A stretch of 64,000 nucleotides of DNA from an uncultured bacterium (lineage in GTDB: Bacteria; Gemmatimonadota; Gemmatimonadetes; Gemmatimonadales; Gemmatimonadaceae): NCBI GenBank assembly GCA_963978095.1, contig CAXBQP010000008.1:1-64000 (forward strand), given 5' to 3'. The notes under the pieces were generated by a model that had not been told where the DNA came from, did no database searches, and saw nothing but the letters and a program-made list of their open reading frames with translations. Each line of letters opens with the position of its first letter. Position 1 is the stretch's first letter. A program made the position numbers and the translations under genes. Below are positions 27,914 through 37,951 of this stretch, piece by piece.

Positions 27914-29548
27914 TCACTCGACCGTTTCGGCCATCACCGGATCTTGCACGACGCGTCCATCCGGACCCACGATCTCCACGGGCGACCCGATGAGATCCGC
28001 CAACAGCTGAGATTTCCGCGCGGCACCCCAGAGTTCGAGCCGCAACGACTTGGCCCGCGGTGCGGCCACGGGTGTGATGCGCAGCGCACGTTCCATCCAC
28101 CGCACCTTGAGGCGCTCGACGGCCGCGACGTGCCCGCGGTCGAGTCCATCGGCGATCCGCAACAACGCCGACAGTCGCTTGACGCGGATGCGCGTCCCCT
28201 TGGGAAGTGCGGCGTATTCGGGGTGTTTGCGGCGGTCGGGCGGTGACCCCCGGTGATATCGCGCGACATGCGCGACGATCACCTGTTCCGTGGGCGACAT
28301 CCCCAGCAGCTCCGCGTGCAGAATCAGGTGATACGAGTGCTTGTTGTGCTTGACGTAGTTGATGTGGTAGCCCACGTCGTGGAGCAACGCCGCATCGGAC
28401 AGAATCTGCCGGTCCGCGGGCTCGCATCCGAGGCGGTGTCCGACGGCATCGTACAACTGCAGGGCGATGCGCTGTACCTGCCGGGAGTGCGGGGCCTCGT
28501 AGTGGCAGCGTTCCGCGAACTCGCGCACGGACCGCTCGCGCGCTTCGCCAGGATCGGCGATGTTCGCCTTGACCCGGGCCACGTCGAGCAGCAGCCCCTC
28601 CCGAATGCCATACGCCGACGCCCCGATCTCCCGGGGTTCGACCCGCGCGAGCACCTCGGCGGCCACCGCAAGCCCCGCCACGATGATGTCGGCGCGGCCC
28701 GCGTTCAGCCCAGGCACCGCCAGACGTTCTGCGAGGGTCATCTCGGCGAGCATATCGAGGACGTGCTCCACCTCGGCCCGCGGAATACGGGTGCCGTGCA
28801 CCGAGCGGGCGGCTCGCATCCCTTGGCGCGCCAGATAGATCCCCGCGAGGTTGGTGAAGGTCCCGCCGGACCCGATCACTTCCGCGCCCCGCCAGTCACG
28901 CACCGGGAGCACGGCGCGGATCTCCTCGCGGATGTGCTTCCGGAGCTTCTTGATCGCCTTCGGTGTGCTTCCCTTGCTCAGGAACTGCTCGGTAAGCCGC
29001 AAGGCGCCGAACGGTAACGATACGAGATGCTCGACCAACCCTTCCGCCGCGAGCGCGAGTTCGAGTGACCCGCCGCCGATGTCCATCACCACGCACCGAC
29101 CGTGGCCGAGCTCGAAGTGGGCGAGCGCCGAGCGGAATGCGAGCCGTGCTTCCTCGGAGCCGTCGAGCACGCGGACCTTCAGGCCGGTCTGTTGCCGCAC
29201 ACGGCTGAGGAACAGAGCGCCGTTGGCGGCATCGCGAACGGCGCTGGTTGCGACCGCCTCGACCCGCTTGGCGCCCAGTTGCCGGGCGAGGGTGGCCATC
29301 CGTTGCAGCGACTCCACGGCCAGGCGCATCGGCTCTTCGCCCAGCGCACCCGTCTCGCTGAGTCCGGCGCCAAGCCGCGGCGCCGCCTTCATTTCGTCGA
29401 CGATGCGGATGGAACCGTTGCGCCCGACATCCGCGATGATCTGCCGGATCGAGTTCGATCCGATGTCGATGGCCGCGATGCGCTGCTCGCCGTCGTCGCT
29501 TTGGGTGCGCGTCGCGTCATCGCCGGCCACGAAACGAAGAATCGTCAT
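27914..29548 (-). CDS. ppx: Ppx/GppA exopolyphosphatase with HD domain
   Basis: AAIDIGSNSIR, ATSAVRDA, DIGGGSLE, GIREG, LLHDVG. Confidence 0.93.
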   Translation of the reverse strand: MTILRFVAGDDATRTQSDDGEQRIAAIDIGSNSIRQIIADVGRNGSIRIVDEMKAAPRLGAGLSETGALGEEPMRLAVESLQRMATLARQLGAKRVEAVATSAVRDAANGALFLSRVRQQTGLKVRVLDGSEEARLAFRSALAHFELGHGRCVVMDIGGGSLELALAAEGLVEHLVSLPFGALRLTEQFLSKGSTPKAIKKLRKHIREEIRAVLPVRDWRGAEVIGSGGTFTNLAGIYLARQGMRAARSVHGTRIPRAEVEHVLDMLAEMTLAERLAVPGLNAGRADIIVAGLAVAAEVLARVEPREIGASAYGIREGLLLDVARVKANIADPGEARERSVREFAERCHYEAPHSRQVQRIALQLYDAVGHRLGCEPADRQILSDAALLHDVGYHINYVKHNKHSYHLILHAELLGMSPTEQVIVAHVARYHRGSPPDRRKHPEYAALPKGTRIRVKRLSALLRIADGLDRGHVAAVERLKVRWMERALRITPVAAPRAKSLRLELWGAARKSQLLADLIGSPVEIVGPDGRVVQDPVMAETVE

Positions 29549-29590
29549 GATGACAGTATCGTACTCCAAGGACGCGTTTTTGGCGAGGAG

Positions 29591-29632
29591 CCGTGACGCA
29601 AATGTGACGGAAATCGAGGAATAACGTGACAG
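29591..29632 (-). promoter_or_regulatory. Pho-box-like array in the ppx / TonB-receptor divergent region
   Basis: Minus strand CTGTCAC-gtta-TTCCTCG-attt-CCGTCAC-attt-GCGTCAC; GTCAC cores at 11/22-bp spacing. Confidence 0.65.
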
Positions 29633-29727
29633 GGGCTTGGGAGATTTCCGGACGTTCCTCCACGACCCGAACATCACCAACTCTCGGAGCGATGGTCATC
29701 GGATTCCGGTACCATCTGAAATCGAAC

Positions 29728-32700
29728 ATGAAGTTTTCTCGCACGTGGTGGGCAGCGCTGGTCTGCACACTCTGCCTATCCTTGCCCCTCGGGGCACAGA
29801 TCACGACGAGCGTCGTCAGCGGTCGCATTGTCGGGCCCAACGGTGAGGGACTCGCCGGCGTCCAGGTTGTTGCGACACTTCCCTCGACGGGAGAGCGCTA
29901 CGGCGCGATGTCCCGCGACGATGGCAAGTACCTGGTCGCAAATCTCCGTGCCGGCGGCCCGTACACCCTGACGTTCACGCGCCTCGGCTTCAAGAAGGAG
30001 ACGCGCGACGGCGTCATGGCGAACCTCGGCGCGAACGCGGTCATCAACGTGGCGATGACCGCAACCGCGGTGTCGCTGTCCTCCGTCACGGTCACTGCGG
30101 ATCCGAACGCGATCATCGACAAGTCCAAGACGGGCCCCTCAACGACGGTTTCCAAGGAACTCCTTGAGCGGTTGCCGTCCATCGCCCGGTCGATGCAGGA
30201 CTTTACGCGTCTGACGCCGCAAGGCGGCGGCGCGAACTCGTTCGGTGGAACGAACTTCCGTTATAACAACGTCACCATCGACGGCGCCGCGAGCAACGAT
30301 GTGTTCGCCTTCAGCGCCTCGGCTGGCGGCATCTCTGGGCAGGGACCGAGCGGCACGCCGGGTGCCGGCGCGCGGACGCAGCCCATCTCCTTGGATGCCG
30401 TCGCGGAAGTGCAGGCGGTGCTGGCGCCGTACGATGTGAAGATCGGCAACTTCACCGGTGGTTCGATCAATGCGGTGACCCGCAGCGGGACGAACACCTT
30501 GTCGGGTTCGGTGTTTTCATACGGCCGCAACCAGACCCTGACGGGCAAGAGTGCGGACACGTCGCGCACGAGCCTGCCGGCCTATTCGGATGTGCAGTTC
30601 GGCGGGCGGATCGGTGGCCCGATCATCAAGGACAAGGCTTTCTACTTCTTCACGGCCGAGTACGCGTCGCGCAATGAGCCGGTCGGGTACGCACCGGGCT
30701 CCACGGGGACCGTGATCGACGCGGCCACCGCCAAGGCGATCTCCGATACCCTCACCGCCCGCTATGGTTACAACGGCGGCTCCATCGGAGCCTACGACAA
30801 GCCGTTGCAGAACCTCAAGCTGTTCGGCCGCTTGGATTTCAACCTCAGCGACATGAACAAGCTGAGCATCCGGCACAACTACGTTGACGCGCATGCCTCG
30901 CTGTTCGAGCGCACGCCGTACCTGCTCAAGTTCGCCGGTCAGGATATCACGCAGTACAACCGGACGAACAGCACCGTTGCCGAGCTGAAGACGACCTTCG
31001 CCAGCGGTATCGCGAACAACCTGATCGCCAGCCTCGCCATCACGGACGACCATCGGTCGTATCCGGGGCAGCTGTTCCCGCAGTTGGAGATCACGGGCCC
31101 GTCGGGTGCCTCGATCTTCGTCGGCACGGATCGTGAGGCCTCGGTCTTCAAGATCGGTACCAAGGTGTTCGAGCTCACCGACAACCTGACGATGTACCGT
31201 GGAAACCACACGTTCACGTTTGGGTCGCACAATGAGTTCTACAACATCGACTACAACTTCCTGAATGCGTACAACGGCCGTTGGGCGTATTCGTCGATTG
31301 CGAACTTCTACGCCAACAAGCCGAGCCGCATCCGTGGTCAGTATGACCTGACGGACGATTCCTACAGCAACGTGATGGGTGCTCCGCAGGCGAGCTTCAA
31401 GGTTTACTGGCCCAGCGCGTACGCCCAGGATGAAATCGCGGTGTCGAACCGCCTGACGGTCACGCCGGGGCTGCGCATCGACGCCCCGATGTTCCCTGAC
31501 CAGATTCCGGTCAATCCGTTGATCACGGCAACGCCGGGCTGGTCCAAGTACACGAACACGCAGAGCACCCAGCTGTACTTTGCGCCTCGCGTGGCGTTCA
31601 ACTGGGACGTCAACGGCGACCAGTCGCTCCAGATCCGCGGTGGTACCGGCGTGTTCACCGGACGTGCTCCGTTTGCGTGGATGGCCTATGCGTATGAGAA
31701 TACCGGACTGAAGCTGGGCAACGTGGACTGCCGTCCGTCCACGACCTCGGGGTGTGCGGGCAACAGCGCGACCGTTCCACTCGTCACCGACGGCAAGAAC
31801 CTCAAGACGCTGCAGACTGGAGTCTTCGAGGCCAACATCCTCGACAACAACTTCAAGTTGCCGACGGTCATGCGTTCCAGCTTGTCGGCCGACATCAAGC
31901 TGCCCGCCGGCTACCTGCTGACGTTGGAAGCGATGTACACGCAGGTGGTGAATGACGTCAAGTTCCTGAACATCGGTCTCAAGGACACTTCCGTCGTGAA
32001 CCCGATCGACAACCGGACCACGTTCCTTGGCAGCCCGGTCCAGTTGCGCGTGAATCCCAACTTCACGTCCGTGTTCCTGATCACGAACACCAATCAGGGG
32101 TGGCGCCACAGCTTGACCGCGCAGCTTCGCAAGACCTGGCAGAACGGCTTCGACGGCATGTTTGCATACACCTACGGGCAGTCTCGCGACGTTGCCAATG
32201 GCATCCGCAACTCGCCGCAGTCGAACTGGGAGTACAACCAGGTTCCGGATGTACGCAGCCCGGGTCTCTCCAACTCGAATTTCGACATTCGTCACCGGTT
32301 GGTGGGATCGTTCGGCTACAAGAAGAACTGGGGAGGCGGTTATCTCACGGGTGTGTCGGCCGTGTTTACCGCATCGTCCGGCAGCCCGTTCACGTACATC
32401 TACGCCAGCGACGCGAATCGCGACGGCACGGGCAACAACGACTTGATCTATGTGCCGAAGGACTCCGCCGACTTCCACTACGTCGCGGTTGCTGGCGAAA
32501 CCCGCACGCCGAGTCAGGTGTGGCAGGCGCTCGATTCGTTCATCAAGAGCCAGCCAGGGCTGGATGCGTTGCGTGGTCAGATCGCCCCGCGCAACACTGG
32601 GCGCACCCCCTGGAACTCGCAGCTCGACCTGCGCGTGCTGCAGGACATCCCGCTGGCCGGGGTCGGTGCGGGTCACAAGGTCCAAGTGACGCTCGACATC

Positions 32701-32919
32701 GTCAATGTCGGCGCGATGCTTGGTACGACGTGGGGACGCCAGTACTTCGTGCCGAATGAAGAGAACTACAACTTCAAGTTGCTCCGCATCACGTCGAGCA
32801 ACGCGTCCGGCGTACCGACGGGCTACAGCTTTGACGGGGTGCCGAACAACACGCCGTGGCAGTACGACAATCTCTCGTCGCGTTATCAGGCGCAGCTCGG
32901 TCTGCGGTACTCGTTCTGA
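29728..32919 (+). CDS. TonB-dependent receptor, Oar-like, with N-terminal carboxypeptidase-regulatory-like domain
   Basis: Signal peptide, NLRAGGPY, NNVTIDG, plug GGSINAVTRSGTN, C-terminal QLGLRYSF. Confidence 0.9.
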   Translation: MKFSRTWWAALVCTLCLSLPLGAQITTSVVSGRIVGPNGEGLAGVQVVATLPSTGERYGAMSRDDGKYLVANLRAGGPYTLTFTRLGFKKETRDGVMANLGANAVINVAMTATAVSLSSVTVTADPNAIIDKSKTGPSTTVSKELLERLPSIARSMQDFTRLTPQGGGANSFGGTNFRYNNVTIDGAASNDVFAFSASAGGISGQGPSGTPGAGARTQPISLDAVAEVQAVLAPYDVKIGNFTGGSINAVTRSGTNTLSGSVFSYGRNQTLTGKSADTSRTSLPAYSDVQFGGRIGGPIIKDKAFYFFTAEYASRNEPVGYAPGSTGTVIDAATAKAISDTLTARYGYNGGSIGAYDKPLQNLKLFGRLDFNLSDMNKLSIRHNYVDAHASLFERTPYLLKFAGQDITQYNRTNSTVAELKTTFASGIANNLIASLAITDDHRSYPGQLFPQLEITGPSGASIFVGTDREASVFKIGTKVFELTDNLTMYRGNHTFTFGSHNEFYNIDYNFLNAYNGRWAYSSIANFYANKPSRIRGQYDLTDDSYSNVMGAPQASFKVYWPSAYAQDEIAVSNRLTVTPGLRIDAPMFPDQIPVNPLITATPGWSKYTNTQSTQLYFAPRVAFNWDVNGDQSLQIRGGTGVFTGRAPFAWMAYAYENTGLKLGNVDCRPSTTSGCAGNSATVPLVTDGKNLKTLQTGVFEANILDNNFKLPTVMRSSLSADIKLPAGYLLTLEAMYTQVVNDVKFLNIGLKDTSVVNPIDNRTTFLGSPVQLRVNPNFTSVFLITNTNQGWRHSLTAQLRKTWQNGFDGMFAYTYGQSRDVANGIRNSPQSNWEYNQVPDVRSPGLSNSNFDIRHRLVGSFGYKKNWGGGYLTGVSAVFTASSGSPFTYIYASDANRDGTGNNDLIYVPKDSADFHYVAVAGETRTPSQVWQALDSFIKSQPGLDALRGQIAPRNTGRTPWNSQLDLRVLQDIPLAGVGAGHKVQVTLDIVNVGAMLGTTWGRQYFVPNEENYNFKLLRITSSNASGVPTGYSFDGVPNNTPWQYDNLSSRYQAQLGLRYSF

Positions 32920-32941
32920 GCTAGGCGACTGACAGGAGGCA

Positions 32942-32981
32942 GAAAGGGCCGGCTCCCCAATGGGAGCCGGCCCTTTCGTTT
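32942..32981. terminator. Bidirectional intrinsic terminator between TonB receptor and phoR
   Basis: 16-bp stem GAAAGGGCCGGCTCCC-CAAT-GGGAGCCGGCCCTTTC with T-rich ends on both strands. Confidence 0.85.
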
Positions 32982-32983
32982 GG

Positions 32984-34690
32984 TCAGCGCTGGGGAGGGA
33001 AGTTCGCCATGATCGTCGTCCCCGCCCCCAGCACGCTCTCCGCTTTGACCTTCCCCCCGTGGGCCTCCACCAGATGCTTCACGATGGCGAGGCCAAGCCC
33101 CGTCCCCCCCTCGGCGCGGGAGCGGCCCGGATCAACCCGGTAGAACCGCTCGAAGATGCGGGGGAGATGCTGCGTCGGGATGCCCACGCCCGTGTCCCGG
33201 ACGCCGACCGTCACCCCGCCGTCGTCGCGGGGCCGCGAAAAGATCACGACGGCACCGGTGGCCGTGTGGCGCACGGCGTTGTCCACGAGATTGCCGATGA
33301 TCTGGCGCAGCGCCGTCGAATCGGCGAAGAGCGCGGCCGCCCCGGGGTGGATATCCACGGACAGGGTCAGCCCCTTCGCGTCGGCGGCGTCGCGGGCGGC
33401 CGTGATCGTGTCGGTTGCCACCGACGCCAGGTCGATCGTGGTCGGATTGGGAACCCAGCCGCCGCTCTCGATGCGCGAGAGGTCGAGCAGGTCATCGACG
33501 ATCCGCTGCATGCGCCGCGTGTTGTTGAGAATGCGATCCGCGAACTGCCGGCGGCTCTCCGCCGGCGGATCGTCCTGCGCGAGCGTTTCGGCAAAGCCGC
33601 CCACGATGGTCAGTGGCGTGCGCAGTTCGTGGGACACATTCGCCACGAAATCGCGCCGGACCGCCTCGAGGCGCCGGACGCGGGTGAGGTCGAGGAGTGC
33701 CAGAACGGCCCCCCCACTGGCCAGTGGACGAGCGGTGACGTTCAGGGTGCGCCCCGAAATCACCAGTTCGGCATCGTCGGTGGTGTCGCCATTGGTCGCG
33801 CTCGCCAGGGCGTCGCGGAGCACCGTGGCGCGTGGCAGGATATCGGAGTGGAAGGGCAACACATCCCGGACGTTGAGCAAGCGGCGCGCGGTCTCGTTGA
33901 TGCGCACCACGAGCCCGGCCGTATCGACGGCGATCACACCCTCGTTCAGCGATTCGGTCAGCTGGACGAGCAGCGATTCGTCCGCTTGCAGGGCGGCCAG
34001 GCGCGCGGAGAGTTGTTCGGCCAGCTGATGGAGCGCCACCGCGAGATCACCCACCTCGCCGGGGGCGCGGATCTTGGGGCGCCGCGCCAGATCCCCCGCG
34101 GCCAGCGCGCGCGCGACGTCGCGGAGTTCGACCACGGGACGCGAGACCGCCTGGGAGAACAGCCAGGCCAGCACCAGCGCCCCGAGCAGCGCGAGGGCTC
34201 CGGCCGACGTGACGTCCCGCCCCGCGGCCGCGACGATGGCATCCAACGAACCGGTGGGCACCGACACACGCGCCACGCCGAGCGGCGCGCGGACGGCGAC
34301 GTAGAGCTCGACGTCCCCGCGCGACGCACTCGACCGCAAGGCAGATCCGACGCGACCACGGATCGCGTCCGCCACCTCGGGCCGACTGCGATGGTTCTCG
34401 AGTCGCCGCAACCCTTGCTCGTCGAAATCGGTGTCGCCGATCACCACCCCATCCTCGCGGATGAGCGTCACGCGGCGCCCGAGCGACTGGCCGGCGGCGT
34501 GCGCGAGCGCCGACGGATCGGACGCCGGAGTCCATTGCGTGGCCACGAACCGGGCCTCGCGCGCGAGATTCTGCGTGGTCTCGTCGCGCAGGCGCTGGCT
34601 CAGCTGGCGGCTCACCACGACGACGATGAAGACGACGAGGAATCCGACGACCGCGACCGCCCCCAGCAGGAGGCGCTGGGTGAGCTTCAC
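32984..34690 (-). CDS. phoR: Sensor histidine kinase PhoR (HAMP-PAS-HisKA-HATPase)
   Basis: LENHRSRPEV, RRDFVANVSHELRTPLT, FERFYRVD, GTGLGLAIVKH. Confidence 0.88.
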   Translation of the reverse strand: MKLTQRLLLGAVAVVGFLVVFIVVVVSRQLSQRLRDETTQNLAREARFVATQWTPASDPSALAHAAGQSLGRRVTLIREDGVVIGDTDFDEQGLRRLENHRSRPEVADAIRGRVGSALRSSASRGDVELYVAVRAPLGVARVSVPTGSLDAIVAAAGRDVTSAGALALLGALVLAWLFSQAVSRPVVELRDVARALAAGDLARRPKIRAPGEVGDLAVALHQLAEQLSARLAALQADESLLVQLTESLNEGVIAVDTAGLVVRINETARRLLNVRDVLPFHSDILPRATVLRDALASATNGDTTDDAELVISGRTLNVTARPLASGGAVLALLDLTRVRRLEAVRRDFVANVSHELRTPLTIVGGFAETLAQDDPPAESRRQFADRILNNTRRMQRIVDDLLDLSRIESGGWVPNPTTIDLASVATDTITAARDAADAKGLTLSVDIHPGAAALFADSTALRQIIGNLVDNAVRHTATGAVVIFSRPRDDGGVTVGVRDTGVGIPTQHLPRIFERFYRVDPGRSRAEGGTGLGLAIVKHLVEAHGGKVKAESVLGAGTTIMANFPPQR

Positions 34691-35400
34691 GCGTCCTTGC
34701 CGGTCGCGGATTTCATGCGGTAGCCGAATCCGCGGACGGTCTCGATCAGATCACCGGACTTGCCCAGCTTGGACCGCAAGCGGAGCACGTGCATGTCCAC
34801 GGTGCGGGTCTGGATGTCTGGCGCGGCCTCCCAGACCTTCTCGAGCAGTTGCGACCGCCCCTGCGTACGGCCGCGCCGCTCGGCGAGCGTGAGCAGCAGC
34901 TTGTACTCCGTGGCGGTGAGCTCCACCGGTGCGCCCTTCAGCGTGACGCTGTTGGCGGCACGGTCGATCACGATGTCGTCGATGGCCAGGATGTCGGCCG
35001 CACTCGACGGGGCCGACACGCGCCGCAGAATGGCCCCCACGCGGAGCACCATCTCCTGCGGACTGAACGGTTTGGTCAGGTAATCGTCGGCGCCCAACGA
35101 GAGGCCGCGGATGCGGTCGGGCTCTTCCTTGCGTGCGGTCAGCATCAGCACGGCAATATGGCGCGTCCCCTCATCGGCCCGGAGCTGCTCCAGGACGTCG
35201 AAGCCGGACAGGCCGGGCAGCATGAGGTCCAGCACGATCAGCGACGGACGCTCGCGTTTCGCGATCGCCAGCGCGTCGGTTCCCGTGCTGGCCGTCGAGA
35301 CACGATACCCGGCTTTTGCCAGATGATAGACGACGAGCGCGACGATGTCGGGTTCGTCGTCGACGATCAGGACGCGGTCGGATGCGATGGATGCAGTCAC
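34687..35400 (-). CDS. phoB: OmpR-family response regulator, PhoB-like
   Basis: IVDDEPD, LDLMLPG, GADDYLTKPF, RTVDMHVLRLR, ETVRGFGY; coupled to phoR. Confidence 0.85.
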   Translation of the reverse strand: MTASIASDRVLIVDDEPDIVALVVYHLAKAGYRVSTASTGTDALAIAKRERPSLIVLDLMLPGLSGFDVLEQLRADEGTRHIAVLMLTARKEEPDRIRGLSLGADDYLTKPFSPQEMVLRVGAILRRVSAPSSAADILAIDDIVIDRAANSVTLKGAPVELTATEYKLLLTLAERRGRTQGRSQLLEKVWEAAPDIQTRTVDMHVLRLRSKLGKSGDLIETVRGFGYRMKSATGKDA

Positions 35401-35419
35401 GGCAGTGGAGTCGGAAAGG

Positions 35420-36040
35420 TCACGTCGGTTGCAGACGACGCAGGATGGTGTTGATGATCAGATCGATGGCGACGGTGTTGTGCCCGCCGCGCGGGACGAT
35501 GATGTCGGCGTAGCGCTTGCTGGGTTCCACGAACTGCAGGTGCATCGGCTGCACGGTCGTCAGGTACTGCTCCAGGATCTCCTCCAGCGGACGTCCCCGG
35601 TTGGCCATGTCACGGCGGATGCGCCGGATGAGGCGCACATCGGCATCCGCGTCGACGAACACCTTCACGTCGCACCGCGAGCGGACGCGCTCGTCCACGA
35701 AGAGCAGGATGCCGTCGACCACGATCACGTCGGCGGCCTCGATGCGGACCGTGTGCTCCGCCCGCAGGTGCGTGACGAAATCGTAGACGGGCTTGTCGAT
35801 CGCCTTGCCATCGGCGAGCGCCATGAGATGCGCCGCCAGGAGGTCCAGGTCGAAGGCGTCGGGATGGTCCCAGTTCACCTTTCGACGCTCGTCGATGGAG
35901 AGGTCGGAGCGATGCTTGTAATACGCGTCCATGTCCAGGAACGCGACTTTCGCCGGCGTCAGTGCGTCCGCGATGCGATGCGCCACGGTGGACTTGCCTG
36001 ATCCAGACCCACCGGCAATTCCGATGATCAGTCGTCGCAT
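35420..36040 (-). CDS. udk: Uridine kinase
   Basis: GIAGGSGSGKS, NWDHPDAFD, PVYDF, RRIRRD, FVEPSKRYADIIVP. Confidence 0.95.
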   Translation of the reverse strand: MRRLIIGIAGGSGSGKSTVAHRIADALTPAKVAFLDMDAYYKHRSDLSIDERRKVNWDHPDAFDLDLLAAHLMALADGKAIDKPVYDFVTHLRAEHTVRIEAADVIVVDGILLFVDERVRSRCDVKVFVDADADVRLIRRIRRDMANRGRPLEEILEQYLTTVQPMHLQFVEPSKRYADIIVPRGGHNTVAIDLIINTILRRLQPT

Positions 36041-36099
36041 CGGCGATTCTGCGAGGTCGAAGACACGTCTTGAATGTCCATGAGGAGGCTGGGGAACAG

Positions 36100-36128
36100 A
36101 AGCCACGGTGCTGTCACAGTCCTGTATC
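36100..36128 (+). promoter_or_regulatory. Pho-box-like array in the udk-phoBR / nucleotidase divergent region
   Basis: AAGCCAC-ggtg-CTGTCAC-agtc-CTGTATC, 11-bp period. Confidence 0.55.
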
Positions 36129-36229
36129 GTCGCCCGATCGTGACGGGCCCCGTCTGAAATATGGCGAGTCGAGGGCACCGCGTGCCCCGGACACTCCCCG
36201 CGTCCCCCCGCACCGCATAGCTTTCACTG

Positions 36230-37951
36230 ATGGAACGATGCCCGTACCCTCTCCGGCGCCTGGCCACGGCGATGGCGCTCTGCGCTGTGCCGGCGGTCGT
36301 GTTCGCGCAGCGCTCCGCTCCACCGGGCGGACGCGTCGTGGATCTGGTGGTGACGGCCACCACCGACGTCCATGGGCGGGTTCGCGGGTGGGACTACTAT
36401 GCCGACACGGCGGAAGGGGGGCGCGGCCTCTCGCGGGCCGCCACGATCGTCGATTCCGTGCGGACCGCCAACCCTGGCCGCGTCCTCCTCGTGGACGCGG
36501 GTGATCTGTTGCAGGGGAACCCGTTCACGTATGTGGCACGCGACGGCAAGGGGGCGCATCCCGTGATCGCGGCCATGAACGCCATGCGCTACGACGCGGT
36601 GGCGGTCGGGAACCATGAATTCAACTACGGGATTCCGGCCTTCGAGCGGGCGAGCGCGCAGGCCACCTTTCCTTTTCTGGCGGCCAACTCGCGGAGTCTG
36701 GACGGCAAGAAACGTTGGTCGCCCTTCACCCTCGTCGTGCGCGACGGGGTGAAAGTCGGCATCATCGGCGTCACGAACCCGGGCTCCATGGTGTGGGACG
36801 CTGAGAATCTCCGGGGGAAGGTCGCGATCGACGACATCCTGCCGGCGGTGCGGCGCACGGTCGGCGCGGCGCGGGCGGCGGGGGCGCAGGTCATCGTCGT
36901 GGTGGCGCATGCCGGACTGGATGGCGTGGCATCCTACGACACCGTCGGGACGGGGCTCGGCAGCGAGAACCCGATGGCGGCGGTGGCCAAACAGGTGCCG
37001 GGCATCGACCTGATCGTCTTTGGGCACTCGCACCGCGAGTTGGGCGATACGTTGATCAACGGCGTGCTCCTCACCCAGCCGCGCAACTGGGCCACGAGCG
37101 TCTCGGTGGCGCACCTCACGGTGCGTCTGGAGAACGGGAACGCCACCGTCACCGCGCGGCATGCCGACCTGGTGCGGTCAACGGGGCATGGCGAGCAGGC
37201 GGCGGTGGTTTCTGCCGCGCGGGTGGGGCACACGCGGGCGCGCACCTACTCGACCGCCGTGATCGGCCGCACCACCGCCGATTGGCGCGCCGATTCGGCC
37301 CGGGTGGTCGATACGCCGATCATGGATTTCGTGCTCGAGGTGATGCGCAAGGCGGCCGGGACGGACTTGGCGTCGGCGGCGGCATTCTCCACTGAGGCGC
37401 GTCTGGCCAAAGGCAATGTCACGGTGGCGCAGTTGGCGTTGTTGTATCCCTACGACAACACCCTCAAGGGCCTGCGGATTTCCGGTCGACAGCTCCGCGA
37501 GTATCTGGAACAGAGTGCGCGCTACTGGCAGGTCACCGGAAGCCAGGTGACCCCGGATCCCGCGATTCCGTCCTTCAATTTCGAAATGGTGGCGGGCGCC
37601 GACTACTCAATGGATCTGTCCAAGCCGCTCGGCGCGCGGATCACGGGGCTGACGGTGAAGGGAGTGCCTGTTCGGGACGGCGATTCCTTCACCATCGCGC
37701 TGTCGAACTACCGAGCGGGTGGCGCGGGAGGGTACACCATGCTGCGCGGCGCATCGCTGATGCACGACAAGCAACTGGAGATCCGCCAGCTGCTGATCGA
37801 CGAAGTGATGGCCAGGAAAACGTTGCAGCCATCGGATTATTTCACCCGTAACTGGGCACTGACGCCGGATGCGCTGCAGCAGGCCGCGGCCGCGGCATCG
37901 GTCCATGAACGTCCGTTCGATGCGATTCGTCCACTCAATCATTTCCCATGA
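36230..37951 (+). CDS. cpdB: Periplasmic 2',3'-cyclic-nucleotide 2'-phosphodiesterase / nucleotidase
   Basis: Signal peptide; TTDVHG, DAGDLLQG, GNHEFNYG, GHSH metallophosphoesterase motifs; LYPYDN, SNYRAGG. Confidence 0.85.
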   Translation: MERCPYPLRRLATAMALCAVPAVVFAQRSAPPGGRVVDLVVTATTDVHGRVRGWDYYADTAEGGRGLSRAATIVDSVRTANPGRVLLVDAGDLLQGNPFTYVARDGKGAHPVIAAMNAMRYDAVAVGNHEFNYGIPAFERASAQATFPFLAANSRSLDGKKRWSPFTLVVRDGVKVGIIGVTNPGSMVWDAENLRGKVAIDDILPAVRRTVGAARAAGAQVIVVVAHAGLDGVASYDTVGTGLGSENPMAAVAKQVPGIDLIVFGHSHRELGDTLINGVLLTQPRNWATSVSVAHLTVRLENGNATVTARHADLVRSTGHGEQAAVVSAARVGHTRARTYSTAVIGRTTADWRADSARVVDTPIMDFVLEVMRKAAGTDLASAAAFSTEARLAKGNVTVAQLALLYPYDNTLKGLRISGRQLREYLEQSARYWQVTGSQVTPDPAIPSFNFEMVAGADYSMDLSKPLGARITGLTVKGVPVRDGDSFTIALSNYRAGGAGGYTMLRGASLMHDKQLEIRQLLIDEVMARKTLQPSDYFTRNWALTPDALQQAAAAASVHERPFDAIRPLNHFP

